DNA from: an uncultured Thiomicrospira sp.
GTDB lineage: Bacteria; Pseudomonadota; Gammaproteobacteria; CAKMZV01
Reading direction: 5' to 3'
NCBI GenBank assembly: GCA_965195345.1
Contig: OZ239628.1
Coordinates: 1,840,977 to 1,904,976, forward strand
Length of the DNA stretch: 64,000 nt
Shown: positions 30,444 through 44,057 of the stretch, in pieces
How positions within the stretch are numbered: the stretch's first letter is position 1
How the letters are laid out: each line of letters opens with the position of its first letter
Notes under the pieces: generated by a model
Database searches by the model: none
Told to the model about the DNA's origin: nothing
What the model saw: the letters and a program-made list of their open reading frames with translations, nothing else
Position numbers and translations under genes: made by a program

Positions 30444-31388
30444 TTAATATCCTAATACGCTAACGACTGACCGAACTGCTTCAGCAGAGTTATCGAGCAT
30501 GGCTTTTTCATTACTATCCAAATCCATTTCGACAATACGCTCCACACCTTCGCGCCCCAAAATAACAGGCAACCCAAGAAAGAGATCGGAATATCCGTAC
30601 TCACCATTGGTATGAATAGCACACGGAATAACACGTTTTTGGTCACGTAAAATTGACTCAATCATAACTGCCATGCCAGCTGCTGGTGCATAGTACGCAC
30701 TGTAACCCAATAAACCGACGATCTCTCCCCCGCCAGCAGCAGTACGCTGGATTATTGAATCTAATCGGTCTTTAGAGATGAGTTCTGTTACTGGAATACC
30801 TCCTACTGAAGTATGTCGAGGTAAGGGTACCATGGTGTCACCATGACCACCAAGAACCATACCATGCACATCCTTAACACTTACATTCAATTCCTGTGCA
30901 ATGAATGCTTTGTATCGAGCTGTGTCCAATGCCCCTGCTTGACCAATAATACGTTTTGATGAGAATCCTGTGACATGCTTCATAACATGGCACATAGCAT
31001 CTAATGGGTTAGTCATCATGATAATGATGCTATCGGGTGCGTATTTCTTAATATCTCCTGCCACTTTCTCCATGATGTTTTGATTGATTTGCACCAATTC
31101 ATCACGACTTGGAAATTTCCCCGTTTTTGGGTCTTTACGTCGAGGAACTCCAGCAGTGACTGCCACAATATCTGCCCCTTCAATGATACTCGCTTCGTTA
31201 CTACCTGAAACTCTTGAGTCAAATCCAATGGCAGGGCTCGCTTGAAACAAATCTAAGCTTTTCCCCTCTGCAACTGAGCCTGCAACGTCAAACATGACTA
31301 CATCGCCAACCTCTTTCTGTGCCAACCAATGACCTGTAGTAGCACCAACGTTACCAGCTCCATATAGAGCAATTTTGTTTTTTTTCAT
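30444..31388 (-). CDS. mdh: Malate dehydrogenase (LDH-like, NAD-dependent)
   Basis: 314 aa. GAGNVG Rossmann motif, substrate-binding Arg residues, catalytic His in HGD (GGHGDTMVPL). Strong full-length similarity to LDH-family MDH. Confidence 0.9.
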   Translation of the reverse strand: MKKNKIALYGAGNVGATTGHWLAQKEVGDVVMFDVAGSVAEGKSLDLFQASPAIGFDSRVSGSNEASIIEGADIVAVTAGVPRRKDPKTGKFPSRDELVQINQNIMEKVAGDIKKYAPDSIIIMMTNPLDAMCHVMKHVTGFSSKRIIGQAGALDTARYKAFIAQELNVSVKDVHGMVLGGHGDTMVPLPRHTSVGGIPVTELISKDRLDSIIQRTAAGGGEIVGLLGYSAYYAPAAGMAVMIESILRDQKRVIPCAIHTNGEYGYSDLFLGLPVILGREGVERIVEMDLDSNEKAMLDNSAEAVRSVVSVLGY

Positions 31389-31527
31389 TTTTTCTCCTAA
31401 TTGAAAATTCGCTTAAAAAACGAGTGCGATATTATTTTCCTACTGCTTTTTAAAGACTATTCACGCAGCAACAAGACCTTCTTTAAATTGTACTGTAAAT
31501 CACTTTTCTTTACAGATACTCTCTTTT

Positions 31528-32310
31528 TTATTGTTTGATTATTTTCCGCGAAAAAATGTCTCCCTTTTTCCAAACAATATACTCTTGCGGAAGCATAACG
31601 GTCCACTCTTCATTATCAGTCAACTCTTCGGTACTGATAACTGTAACAATATCGTTGACCCCAGTTACTCGAGAAAAATCAATAGACATGGCGGCATTCG
31701 CTAAAGCTGCCTCTCCAAAGGGAGCTCGTCGAGTAATCCAACGCAATTTAGTAGCACAATAACAATAAAGGTAACTCCCTTCTGTCATCAGTATATTAAA
31801 TACGCCTAATTTTGCAAGAATTAGTGATTTTTCATATATGAAATTTGAAACTTGTAGATCAGTTTTCCTATCTGGAAATTTCTGATCCATCTCGTTGAGT
31901 AACCAACAAAAAGCGTGTTCACTGTCCGTGGTCCCAATTGGCTTAAATCGACCAAGTGGCATTTTTTTAACGCCTTTTAACTGACCATTATGCGCGAAAG
32001 ACCATTCCTTCCCCCATAATTCACGAGTGAATGGATGAGTGTTCTTTAAACATACACCCCCACTATTTGCTAACCGTATATGGCTGATTGCAACATTGCT
32101 TTTGATGGGGTAGTTTAACATGAGTTTGGCAATGCTTGAACTGGTACTCGGCAAATGATCATGAAACGCGCGCATGCCACCATCCTCGTATAACACTAAA
32201 CCCCAACCATCACGATGAGGACCTGCTTTTCCTCCGCGCACGACAAGTCCACGCAGACTAAAACATAAGTCAGTTGGTACATTAGCACTCATTCCAAGTA
32301 ATTCACACAT
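31528..32310 (-). CDS. Class II glutamine amidotransferase (YafJ-type)
   Basis: 260 aa beginning MCELLGMS, i.e. an N-terminal nucleophile Cys as in the YafJ family. Confidence 0.8.
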   Translation of the reverse strand: MCELLGMSANVPTDLCFSLRGLVVRGGKAGPHRDGWGLVLYEDGGMRAFHDHLPSTSSSIAKLMLNYPIKSNVAISHIRLANSGGVCLKNTHPFTRELWGKEWSFAHNGQLKGVKKMPLGRFKPIGTTDSEHAFCWLLNEMDQKFPDRKTDLQVSNFIYEKSLILAKLGVFNILMTEGSYLYCYCATKLRWITRRAPFGEAALANAAMSIDFSRVTGVNDIVTVISTEELTDNEEWTVMLPQEYIVWKKGDIFSRKIIKQ

Positions 32311-32405
32311 AATGTGCTATTGTAATCGGAGTATAGGAATAGGATTAGTTCGGTCACGCATTTTTATTAGATACAATAAGCACTATTCCATCTATTTGCC
32401 ATATT

Positions 32406-35452
<3,047 letters not shown>

Positions 35453-35473
35453 CTTAACTAATCAACTATATTC

Positions 35474-36352
35474 ATGACTACTAATCCCTTTTCAATTAAG
35501 TCCCTTCCTTTAACACATCAAGGAAAAGTGCGCGATATTTATTCCATAGACAATGATAAATTGTTGATGGTTTCTACAGACAGAGTCTCTGCATTTGATG
35601 TCATACTGCCCGATTTAATAGAGGATAAAGGTGTTGTTCTTACAGATATTTCCAAATTCTGGTTCGATAAAACCAGTGGCATCGTCAACAACCATATTAT
35701 CAAAGACTTCAATTTACGGAGCGTTTTAACTGAAGATGAGTATCAACGCGTCCATCGCCATTCAATGGTTGTGCATCGGCTGAAACCTTTGCCTGTAGAA
35801 GCTATTGTGCGCGGATATCTAATAGGATCAGGATGGAAAGAATATTGCCAATCTTCCTCTGTATGCAGCTTGCCTCTACCATCAGGCTTGGAGCAAGCGG
35901 AAAAAATGCCTCAACCACTTTATACACCTTCTACTAAGGCAGCTGTAGGCGAGCACGATGAAAATATATCGTATGAACGCACTATTGAAATTCTCGGCGA
36001 AGCACTAGCTGATAAAATTCGAAGCATCAGTTTGAAGCTTTATGAAAGTGCTGCTGAGTATGCTTTGATGAGAGGAATTATCATCGCGGACACTAAGTTT
36101 GAATTTGGATTAGACCAGAACAATGAAATCACCTTGATGGATGAAGCACTTACTCCAGACTCTTCTCGCTTCTGGGATATAAAAACTTACAAAACTGGAA
36201 CGTCGCCTGAAAGTTTTGACAAGCAAATAATACGCGATTATCTGGAAACGCTTGATTGGGACAAAACGAACCCTGGACCTAGTCTTCCAAAACCAATCGT
36301 ACAGCGCGCTCAATCACGCTATTCTGAAATCAAGGAAATTCTTACCAGTTAA
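35474..36352 (+). CDS. purC: Phosphoribosylaminoimidazole-succinocarboxamide synthase (SAICAR synthetase)
   Basis: 292 aa. Conserved GKVRDIY and STDRVSAFD motifs. Confidence 0.9.
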   Translation: MTTNPFSIKSLPLTHQGKVRDIYSIDNDKLLMVSTDRVSAFDVILPDLIEDKGVVLTDISKFWFDKTSGIVNNHIIKDFNLRSVLTEDEYQRVHRHSMVVHRLKPLPVEAIVRGYLIGSGWKEYCQSSSVCSLPLPSGLEQAEKMPQPLYTPSTKAAVGEHDENISYERTIEILGEALADKIRSISLKLYESAAEYALMRGIIIADTKFEFGLDQNNEITLMDEALTPDSSRFWDIKTYKTGTSPESFDKQIIRDYLETLDWDKTNPGPSLPKPIVQRAQSRYSEIKEILTS

Positions 36353-36483
36353 CTCCAAATAATCCTTATATTTTTCAAAAACATTGTAAATTTAAAAACT
36401 TATTTATAGCATAGTGTATACTAATTGCATTAATACAGTTTTTTATCGGACAAAGCATTTAGATTAAACTTTAGGGAGAAATC

Positions 36484-37590
36484 ATGACAGAAGCTACAAA
36501 AAAAATGGATCGTAGATCGTTTATCAAATCAACAGGAGTGGCTGCTATTGCCGCAACGGGCATCGCAGCTCCAACAATTGCCACAGCAAAAACCACACGT
36601 TTAAAAATGGTCACATCTTGGCCAAAAAACTTCCCCGGACTGGGCACAGCTGCTGCACGTTTTGCCAAGCGCATTGAAGAAGCTTCTGATGGTCGATACA
36701 AAATTCGCGTCTACGCAGGCAATGAATTAGTGCATCCTCTTAAGTGTTTAGATGCTGTTCAAGAAGGTACTGCCGAACTTTACCACTCTGCAGATTATTA
36801 CTATAAAGGAAAAACTCCTGCTTTTGCATTCTATTCTGCCGTTCCTTTTGGCTTTACAGCGACCGAAATGGATGCTTGGATACATCATGGTGGTGGACAA
36901 CAACTGTGGGATGAGTTGAGTGCGGATTTTGGAGTGAAGCCTTTTCCATGTTCAAATACTGGCGTTCAAATGGGTGGGTGGTTCAAAAAACCAATAACCT
37001 CTCTCGCCGACCTAAAAGGGCTGAAAATGCGTATGCCTGGACTGGGTGGAGATGTATTGAATGCCTTAGGTGGTAACGCCATTACATTGGGTGGCTCTGA
37101 AATTATGCCTGCTCTTCAAGCTGGAACAATTGATGCGACGGAGTGGGTTGGTCCGTGGAACGATCTTGCTTTTGGCTTCTACAAAGTAGTTAAAAATTAC
37201 ATGTACCCTGGATTTCATGAGCCAGGAACTACTTTGTCGCTCGGTATTAGTCGTAAGTTTTGGGATAAATTATCTAAGGCAGACCAAGCTATGTTTACCG
37301 CTTGCGCTTATGCCGAAAACAACTACGGCTACGCTGAATTCACTGCCCACAATGGCCGCGCACTTGAAACACTTGTTAAAAAACATGGCGTTAATGTTTT
37401 TGAAATGCCTGACGATGTGTTCAAAGCGATTGGTGCCGCTTCAGCTGACGTATTGTCAAGCGCGGGTAAGAAAGATGCGATTTCTGGTAAGGTCTATAAT
37501 AGTTTCCTCAAGTTCCATCGTGATGTTACGAATTGGACTGCCTTAGCCGATCAAGCTTATGCAAACAAACGTTCTTTATATAGACTTTAA
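36484..37590 (+). CDS. TRAP transporter substrate-binding protein (DctP family) with a twin-arginine signal
   Basis: 368 aa. N-terminal RRSFIK Tat motif followed by a hydrophobic stretch. DctP-family fold, with DctQ- and DctM-like genes downstream. Confidence 0.8.
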   Translation: MTEATKKMDRRSFIKSTGVAAIAATGIAAPTIATAKTTRLKMVTSWPKNFPGLGTAAARFAKRIEEASDGRYKIRVYAGNELVHPLKCLDAVQEGTAELYHSADYYYKGKTPAFAFYSAVPFGFTATEMDAWIHHGGGQQLWDELSADFGVKPFPCSNTGVQMGGWFKKPITSLADLKGLKMRMPGLGGDVLNALGGNAITLGGSEIMPALQAGTIDATEWVGPWNDLAFGFYKVVKNYMYPGFHEPGTTLSLGISRKFWDKLSKADQAMFTACAYAENNYGYAEFTAHNGRALETLVKKHGVNVFEMPDDVFKAIGAASADVLSSAGKKDAISGKVYNSFLKFHRDVTNWTALADQAYANKRSLYRL

Positions 37591-37636
37591 TTATTTCTTG
37601 GTAAGGGGCGTAGTCTAAACGCCCCTTCCATTCACC

Positions 37637-38365
37637 ATGAACCTATTAAATTTATGGGAGTCGGTTTCTACACTCCCAATAACAGTTTCCGTTGCTGTCT
37701 TTTTTCTTGTCTTATTTCTGACAGTAGTTTTAGTAGGTCTGCCTATTTATTTTTTTGCCAAATCAGAAATCCCAGACTTAATCGCTCATTTTCGATCAAT
37801 TCACACACACCGTCCAGAAAAATACGCTGGATGGATTAAAGTAAGTTTATTTTTAGACCTTGTTAATAGGTTCTGCGGGCAATCGGTTGCTTGGCTAGCC
37901 CTAATCATGGTCTTAACTCAATTTTCTGTTGTTATATTACGTTACGTTTTCTCTTGGGGATCGGTGCAAATGCAGGAGTCTATCTGGTATATGCATGGAT
38001 TAATATTTACCCTTGCCGTAGGGTACACCTTACTTCGAGAAGGGCATGTACGCATTGATCTGTTCTATCGAACGACAAGCGATAAAGTTAAGTCTTGGAT
38101 CAATATCATTGGCGTTCTCGTGTTTATTTTCCCCGTATGTTGGATAACCTTTAATATTGCCCTCCCGTATGTCAGCAATGCTTGGGCAGTAAGAGAAGGT
38201 TCGACTGAAGGCACTGGACTACATTTTGTTTACTTGCTTAAAACGAGCATCCTGTTTTTTTCAGCCTTGCTTGCTCTTCAAGGCACTTCATTGTTGATTA
38301 AATCTTCTTTGATACTAAATGGCCTTGATGATGATCGTTTACTTAATTTTTCAGGTAAACGTTAA
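37637..38365 (+). CDS. TRAP transporter small permease (DctQ-like)
   Basis: 242 aa. Four or more TM helices. Position between DctP and DctM. Stop overlaps the DctM start. Confidence 0.65.
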   Translation: MNLLNLWESVSTLPITVSVAVFFLVLFLTVVLVGLPIYFFAKSEIPDLIAHFRSIHTHRPEKYAGWIKVSLFLDLVNRFCGQSVAWLALIMVLTQFSVVILRYVFSWGSVQMQESIWYMHGLIFTLAVGYTLLREGHVRIDLFYRTTSDKVKSWINIIGVLVFIFPVCWITFNIALPYVSNAWAVREGSTEGTGLHFVYLLKTSILFFSALLALQGTSLLIKSSLILNGLDDDRLLNFSGKR

Positions 38366-39978
38366 TGGATTGGATTGCTTCGCCTGAATTTCTTTCTCTG
38401 CTAATGGTTACAGGAACCTGTTTGTTCTTATTAATGGGTTTTCCAGTTTCACTAACCCTTGCAGGAAGCTCTTTATTGTTTGCCTTTTTAGGCGTTTATT
38501 TTGATGTTTTCGACTTTAGTTTCATCTCAGCATTTCCTCAGAGAATTTTTTCGATTATCCGTAATGAAGTATTAGTTGCAGTACCCCTTTTTATATTTAT
38601 GGGGGTAACTCTTGAACGTTCAAAAATTGCCGAAGATTTGCTTTCTAACATTGGAAAATTATTTGGATCTTTGCCCGGTGGGCTCGGTTATGCTGTGTTT
38701 TTAGTAGGCGCGCTAATGGCAGCTTCCACAGGCATAGTAGGAGCTACCGTTGTTACTATGGGACTACTTTCTCTACCCGTTATGCTACGCAATGGTTACA
38801 ACCCCGCTCTAGCGTGTGGAAGCATATGCGCTTCTGGCACGCTTGGACAAGTCATTCCGCCATCTATTGTACTTGTACTGCTTGGAGATCAGCTATCCAC
38901 TGCATACCAACAAGCGCAATATGAATTAGGGAACTTTTCTCCAGACACTGTATCTGTTAACGATCTCTTTGCAGGTGCACTAATACCAGGACTATGCTTA
39001 GTTGCACTATATATGCTCTATATTGCATGGACAACCATTCGAAACCCGCACAAAGCACCTCCTCTTCCAACTGTCGATGGAAAAACTGTAAAACTGGATC
39101 AAGAAATCTTAAAATCATTATTGCCTCCAATTATTTTAATAATTGCTGTTTTAGGTTCTATTTTGGGAGGACTTGCATCCCCAACAGAATCTGCATCCGT
39201 TGGTGCCGTTGGTGCTTTAATGCTGGCTGGATATCGTCTTAATCAAAAAAATCGTAAACCAATATTGATGGCATTAATTGCTTTCATAATTATGCTAACG
39301 CTCACTTACTTTGTTGATTTGCGTATGCAACGCAAAGTTATTTCTCTTCATGAATGGCTTCTGATAGGAATAGCATTACTTTGTGCTCTTGTAATGATAT
39401 GGGGCATATTTTTATCGGTTATCCATTGTTACCGTCAAAAATTTCAAGACCAATCCGTTCTGGTTTATATAGTTCGAGAAACGACCACTTACTCAACAAT
39501 GGTGTTCACTATTTTGATAGGTGCTTCTATGTTCTCCTTGGTATTTCGTGGCTATGGTGGTGATGAGATAGTTGAGGAGTTTCTCTCCGCTTTACCTGGA
39601 GGGACAATTACTGTTTTTTTGGTCATTATGTTAACTATGTTTTTATTAGGATTCATTCTTGATTTCCTTGAAATTGTTTTTATCGTTGTGCCTATCGTGG
39701 CTCCTATACTGCTTACGATGGAGATTGCACCAGGGGTGACCATTCATCCTGTTTGGCTTGGTGTCATGATGGCTATTAACTTACAAACATCTTTTTTAAC
39801 GCCGCCTTTTGGATTTTCATTATTTTATTTACGCGGTGTAGCACCCAAAATAATACAGACCTCTGACATTTACAAAGGCGTTATTCCTTTTGTGTTCATT
39901 CAGTTACTCATGTTGCTCATTCTGTGGTTCTTTCCTTCTTTAGCCACATGGCTACCTGATGTCATTTACAGTCAATAA
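38365..39978 (+). CDS. TRAP transporter large permease (DctM-like)
   Basis: 537 aa. Polytopic DctM-family membrane protein. Longer than the usual ~430 aa. Confidence 0.8.
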   Translation: MDWIASPEFLSLLMVTGTCLFLLMGFPVSLTLAGSSLLFAFLGVYFDVFDFSFISAFPQRIFSIIRNEVLVAVPLFIFMGVTLERSKIAEDLLSNIGKLFGSLPGGLGYAVFLVGALMAASTGIVGATVVTMGLLSLPVMLRNGYNPALACGSICASGTLGQVIPPSIVLVLLGDQLSTAYQQAQYELGNFSPDTVSVNDLFAGALIPGLCLVALYMLYIAWTTIRNPHKAPPLPTVDGKTVKLDQEILKSLLPPIILIIAVLGSILGGLASPTESASVGAVGALMLAGYRLNQKNRKPILMALIAFIIMLTLTYFVDLRMQRKVISLHEWLLIGIALLCALVMIWGIFLSVIHCYRQKFQDQSVLVYIVRETTTYSTMVFTILIGASMFSLVFRGYGGDEIVEEFLSALPGGTITVFLVIMLTMFLLGFILDFLEIVFIVVPIVAPILLTMEIAPGVTIHPVWLGVMMAINLQTSFLTPPFGFSLFYLRGVAPKIIQTSDIYKGVIPFVFIQLLMLLILWFFPSLATWLPDVIYSQ

Positions 39979-39997
39979 CTCCTTAATTCTTTAGAGT

Positions 39998-40909
39998 GTG
40001 AGCATTAATCTACGCTCAAGACCCATGCAGTTAGCGATAGCTGGTTTAGTTGCAACTAATTTTTTTTGGGCTTTAAACGCTGTTCTAGCACGCTTTTTTC
40101 GTGATGACATCGGCGCTTTTGACCTTAATTTCCTCCGTTGGTTTTTTGCATTACTAATACTCACTCCATTTACGCTAAAGCACGTGAAAAAAGACTGGGC
40201 TCTGATTAGAGCCAATTTGGCGAAATTATTGGTTTTTGGACTATTAGGCGTTAGCTTTTTCAATTTTGCTCTTTATCAATCAGCGCATACTACTTTGGCT
40301 GTCAACATTGGATTATTCAATTCACTGGCGCCTATTTTTACTTTACTGCTCGCTATCCCTATTCTAAAAACCAAACCAAACTTGATGGTTTGGTTTGGTG
40401 TGACAGTGACATTTACAGGCGCTCTTTTAATCATTTTTAAATTCAACTGGCTTAATCTGATCAACTTCAAAGTCTATCAAGGTGATTTTTTGATGTTAAG
40501 TGCTTGTTTTGTTTGGGGTTTATATACCGTTTTATTAAAAAAATGGCCTATCAACATACATCCTTTGAGTCTGCTTTGGATAACCATAGCTCTTGGGCTT
40601 ATCGTTCTATTCGCTATTTTATTTTTAATAGACACTCCCAATCCCTCACCATTTAATGCTTTGAACGCCACCACTGTACCACTTGTTTTGTACACATCGG
40701 TGTTCCCAGCATTATTAGCCTATCTTTTCTGGTCAAACGGTGTGGCAAAAATAGGAGCGCCTTTATCTTCAGTTTTTTTATATCTCAACCCTTGCTTTAT
40801 TGCAATCATTGGACTTTATGTTCTTCAAGAATCTTTAGAATGGTTCCATGTTTTAGGGGGAGGGCTTATACTTGCCGGACTTCTAATTAATTTTAAATAT
40901 CATAAATAA
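39998..40909 (+). CDS. EamA/DMT-family transporter
   Basis: 303 aa. Ten predicted TM helices in two EamA repeats. Confidence 0.7.
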   Translation: MSINLRSRPMQLAIAGLVATNFFWALNAVLARFFRDDIGAFDLNFLRWFFALLILTPFTLKHVKKDWALIRANLAKLLVFGLLGVSFFNFALYQSAHTTLAVNIGLFNSLAPIFTLLLAIPILKTKPNLMVWFGVTVTFTGALLIIFKFNWLNLINFKVYQGDFLMLSACFVWGLYTVLLKKWPINIHPLSLLWITIALGLIVLFAILFLIDTPNPSPFNALNATTVPLVLYTSVFPALLAYLFWSNGVAKIGAPLSSVFLYLNPCFIAIIGLYVLQESLEWFHVLGGGLILAGLLINFKYHK

Positions 40910-41122
40910 AAAAAATTATTATTCCAGTGTGAAATGACTAAACTTTGCGTATTATCTTTATACGACTTGAAAATTTTCAATTAAAAAATGATATATCATC
41001 GATATGACTTTGTTTTTTTGAAAATTTTTCTCGCATTTGACATAAAATTAACCTTTAGTAGCTTCATAAGAGCTTACTATCGGATCGTTTAGATTAACAC
41101 TTCTTTACACTTTAGGAAAATC

Positions 41123-42904
41123 ATGCATCCATTAATCAATCTTGTTAATAATTCACCTGTATCACTTAGCTTGCTAACTAAAAACTATTTAAGTACCCGT
41201 TGTGATTGCATTATCATCGGAGTATATGAAGATTTAAGCATTATAGGAAATGCTTTTTCAAATGCTCTTGAACAAAAGAAAGCGCCTCTATTAAGCTTTT
41301 TAAATCGCAATTCTGGATTTAAAGCGAAAGTAGGTACTTCACTACTGTGGCAAAAACCAAGTTTCCTTTTTACTCAACGCTTATTAATCGTTGGTCTCGG
41401 GGCAGAAAAAGAACTCTCACAAGCCGATTTTATTAAAGTACAGCAAACGATCTCTGCTACTATTCATGAAAACAGATGGGATAACAGCATCAATGCAACA
41501 ACGGTCATTCCTGTAAAACATCTCAACGAACTTTGGAAGTTGCGCACATGTGCGATAGAGCATACAAAAGCATTTTACAATTACTTGTGTCCACTTAAAG
41601 AAACAAAAGCTCCTCAAATACGAAACATTCAGCTTGTACTTCCTAAAAATCCTCAAAAACTTCATCTTTACAATGAAGTACTTAAAACAGGCGTGGCCAT
41701 CGGAAATGGCATAAATGTGGCAAAACAACTTGGCAATACACCTGCCAACTTATGTACCCCTACAGTTCTTAAAGATTTTGCTTTATCGCTTGAGAAAAAA
41801 AGCAAACATTTAAAAGTGCATATTCATGACAAAAATGCACTTGGAAAATTGGACATGAATGCTTTTTTATCGGTTTCTGAAGGTTCATCTCAACCACCAT
41901 TTCTCATTGAGATACACTATACTCCTGAAAAGGATTGTGGTTTAAATCCAGTTGTCTTAGTTGGTAAAGGTGTCACTTTTGATACCGGTGGCATTTCATT
42001 AAAACCTTCTGCTGGCATGGATGAAATGAAATTTGATATGTCTGGTGCAGGCAGTGTTTTTGGTGCTATGAATGCTTTTGAAAGCATGGAAATTAATCGC
42101 AAAGTAATTGCTTTGATTCCTGCTACGGAAAATATGCCCGCACACAATGCCACAAAACCTGGGGATGTTGTTAAGAGCGCATCTGGTCAAACTATCGAAA
42201 TTCTCAACACAGACGCTGAAGGTCGTTTGATTTTATGTGATACCTTATCCTATGCGCACCGATTTAGTCCAGAGAGCATTATTGATGTTGCCACCCTTAC
42301 TGGAGCTTGCGTGGTTGCTTTAGGCGCGCATTATAGTGGACTCATGAGCAATGATGAAAGCCTCGCATCTTCGTTGTACGATGCTGGACAACTATCGCAT
42401 GATCGCTGCTGGCAACTACCTTTAGATCAGGACTATGATGATCAGCTTAAAAGCAATTTTGCCGACATTGCGAACATTAGTTCAGGTCGAGGAGCCGGCA
42501 CTATTACAGCTGGTTGCTTTCTCCAACGTTTCATCAACGATGTCCCGTGGGCGCATCTTGATGTTGCAGGCACTGCTTGGTTAACTGGGGATAAAAAAGG
42601 CTCCACAGGTCGCCCAGTTGCATTACTGTGCGAATACGTAATAGCCAGTAGTAAATTTCTTCCTCCCTCCTCAACCAAATCAACCTCTGTAGACTCCGAA
42701 AAAAATAGATTGCCCACTCGAGGCGTTATCGGTCCAATTATTGAAGATGGATTGTTAAAGGGATTGAGCAGTCAGGCTATTATTGCTAATGTTTTGGAAA
42801 AAGCGCCCGCTGCGCGTACCAAATCAACAACCATTGCTTTCTACGCGCACAGACTGCGTAAAAATAACGTTCAATTACCTCCCAGACCTCGTAAGCACAT
42901 ATAG
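41123..42904 (+). CDS. pepA: Leucyl aminopeptidase (M17 family) with a ~90-aa C-terminal extension
   Basis: 593 aa. The M17 catalytic domain carries NTDAEGRL and metal ligands (VGKGVTFDTGG). The conserved domain ends around ...RPVALLCEYV and is followed by a Ser/Lys/Pro-rich tail. Confidence 0.85.
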   Translation: MHPLINLVNNSPVSLSLLTKNYLSTRCDCIIIGVYEDLSIIGNAFSNALEQKKAPLLSFLNRNSGFKAKVGTSLLWQKPSFLFTQRLLIVGLGAEKELSQADFIKVQQTISATIHENRWDNSINATTVIPVKHLNELWKLRTCAIEHTKAFYNYLCPLKETKAPQIRNIQLVLPKNPQKLHLYNEVLKTGVAIGNGINVAKQLGNTPANLCTPTVLKDFALSLEKKSKHLKVHIHDKNALGKLDMNAFLSVSEGSSQPPFLIEIHYTPEKDCGLNPVVLVGKGVTFDTGGISLKPSAGMDEMKFDMSGAGSVFGAMNAFESMEINRKVIALIPATENMPAHNATKPGDVVKSASGQTIEILNTDAEGRLILCDTLSYAHRFSPESIIDVATLTGACVVALGAHYSGLMSNDESLASSLYDAGQLSHDRCWQLPLDQDYDDQLKSNFADIANISSGRGAGTITAGCFLQRFINDVPWAHLDVAGTAWLTGDKKGSTGRPVALLCEYVIASSKFLPPSSTKSTSVDSEKNRLPTRGVIGPIIEDGLLKGLSSQAIIANVLEKAPAARTKSTTIAFYAHRLRKNNVQLPPRPRKHI

Positions 42905-42926
42905 TTTTTAAAGCGCATAAATAAAG

Positions 42927-43934
42927 ATGACTCTTAGTGATAGTTTTATGAAAAAAAAACGTTTCCCTCATATGTCAAAACTACTTCTATCGTTGACTTT
43001 TTTCTCAACTTTAGCAATAGCAGATGTGCGTGTTGAAGCGTTCGGTAACCTAAAGTCATACCCAACGCATTCCCTAGCTTCAAAAGTTATCGCTTTGAGA
43101 GAAAGTAATATAGGTTCACTCATCAATGCAAATGTTATTGAAATAAACGCCCACGAAGGCGATGAGATCAAAAAAGGGACTTGGTTAATTAAACTGGATT
43201 GTTTCAACTCAAAGATACAATTTGATCAAAGAAAATCTGCATATGAACTCAACGAATTGAATCTTTCTTGGGATAAAAAAGAGCTAACCAGAATGGAAAA
43301 TTTAGTGAAGAAAAAACATCTAGCTCAAGCTGCTTTAGACTCTAAACAAAGACAGTTAGAATCTAAAGTCGTTGAACAAAAACTTCTAAAAATCAATCTT
43401 CGACAGGCTCAAAAAGAAGTGGACCGTTGCACTCTATACGCCCCTTATGATAGTACTGTTATCAAACGTCACGCAAATCTTGGTGAATTTGCCACTGCAG
43501 GGAAAACCTTAGTAACATTACTCGATACTAAAAACACACTCGTTGAAACAGAGGTCCCCTTAAGTTTAATTGAGGATTTCAAAAATGCTTCTTCGCACTG
43601 GCTACAAAATGGCGAAAAACGTGTTAACTTAACCATTAAAACTATGCTGCCCCAAGCCAATCTCAAGAACAATAGTCGAACAGTCCGACTAACAGCGGAT
43701 GAAGCGTTACTTATTGGCGAGCAAAGTCGGATTTGGTGGACATCAAACACACCTCGCATCGATGGCAAGTACTTGCATCGATATGATGGAGATCTCGGTA
43801 TTTGGGTAGAGTCAGACGAGGATTATCGTTTCATTCCCCTACCTACGGCACAAGAGGGGCGTAATTTTGATATTCAATTAGATGATGCGATAAATATTGT
43901 TACTAGAAACGTTCATTTAATCACCAAACATTAG
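42927..43934 (+). CDS. HlyD-family membrane fusion protein / efflux periplasmic adaptor subunit (orphan)
   Basis: 335 aa. Signal or TM segment (MSKLLLSLTFFSTLAIA), a biotinyl-lipoyl-like domain, coiled-coil hairpins and a C-terminal beta domain. No transporter partner gene follows. Confidence 0.6.
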   Translation: MTLSDSFMKKKRFPHMSKLLLSLTFFSTLAIADVRVEAFGNLKSYPTHSLASKVIALRESNIGSLINANVIEINAHEGDEIKKGTWLIKLDCFNSKIQFDQRKSAYELNELNLSWDKKELTRMENLVKKKHLAQAALDSKQRQLESKVVEQKLLKINLRQAQKEVDRCTLYAPYDSTVIKRHANLGEFATAGKTLVTLLDTKNTLVETEVPLSLIEDFKNASSHWLQNGEKRVNLTIKTMLPQANLKNNSRTVRLTADEALLIGEQSRIWWTSNTPRIDGKYLHRYDGDLGIWVESDEDYRFIPLPTAQEGRNFDIQLDDAINIVTRNVHLITKH

Positions 43935-44057
43935 TACAATTTTCCCTCCTCAGGGTCGCTGCCAAAGCAATCCCGTATCCTCGTCCTAGTTCATCAGTTT
44001 ATTTAAAGAATACACCATTATGCTTAAATGCTTATTGCATCTTAAAGTGCATAAAGG

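Noticed and set aside
37217-37546. 109-aa ORF inside the DctP gene in another frame
   Set aside because: Out-of-frame overlap with a well-supported binding-protein gene.
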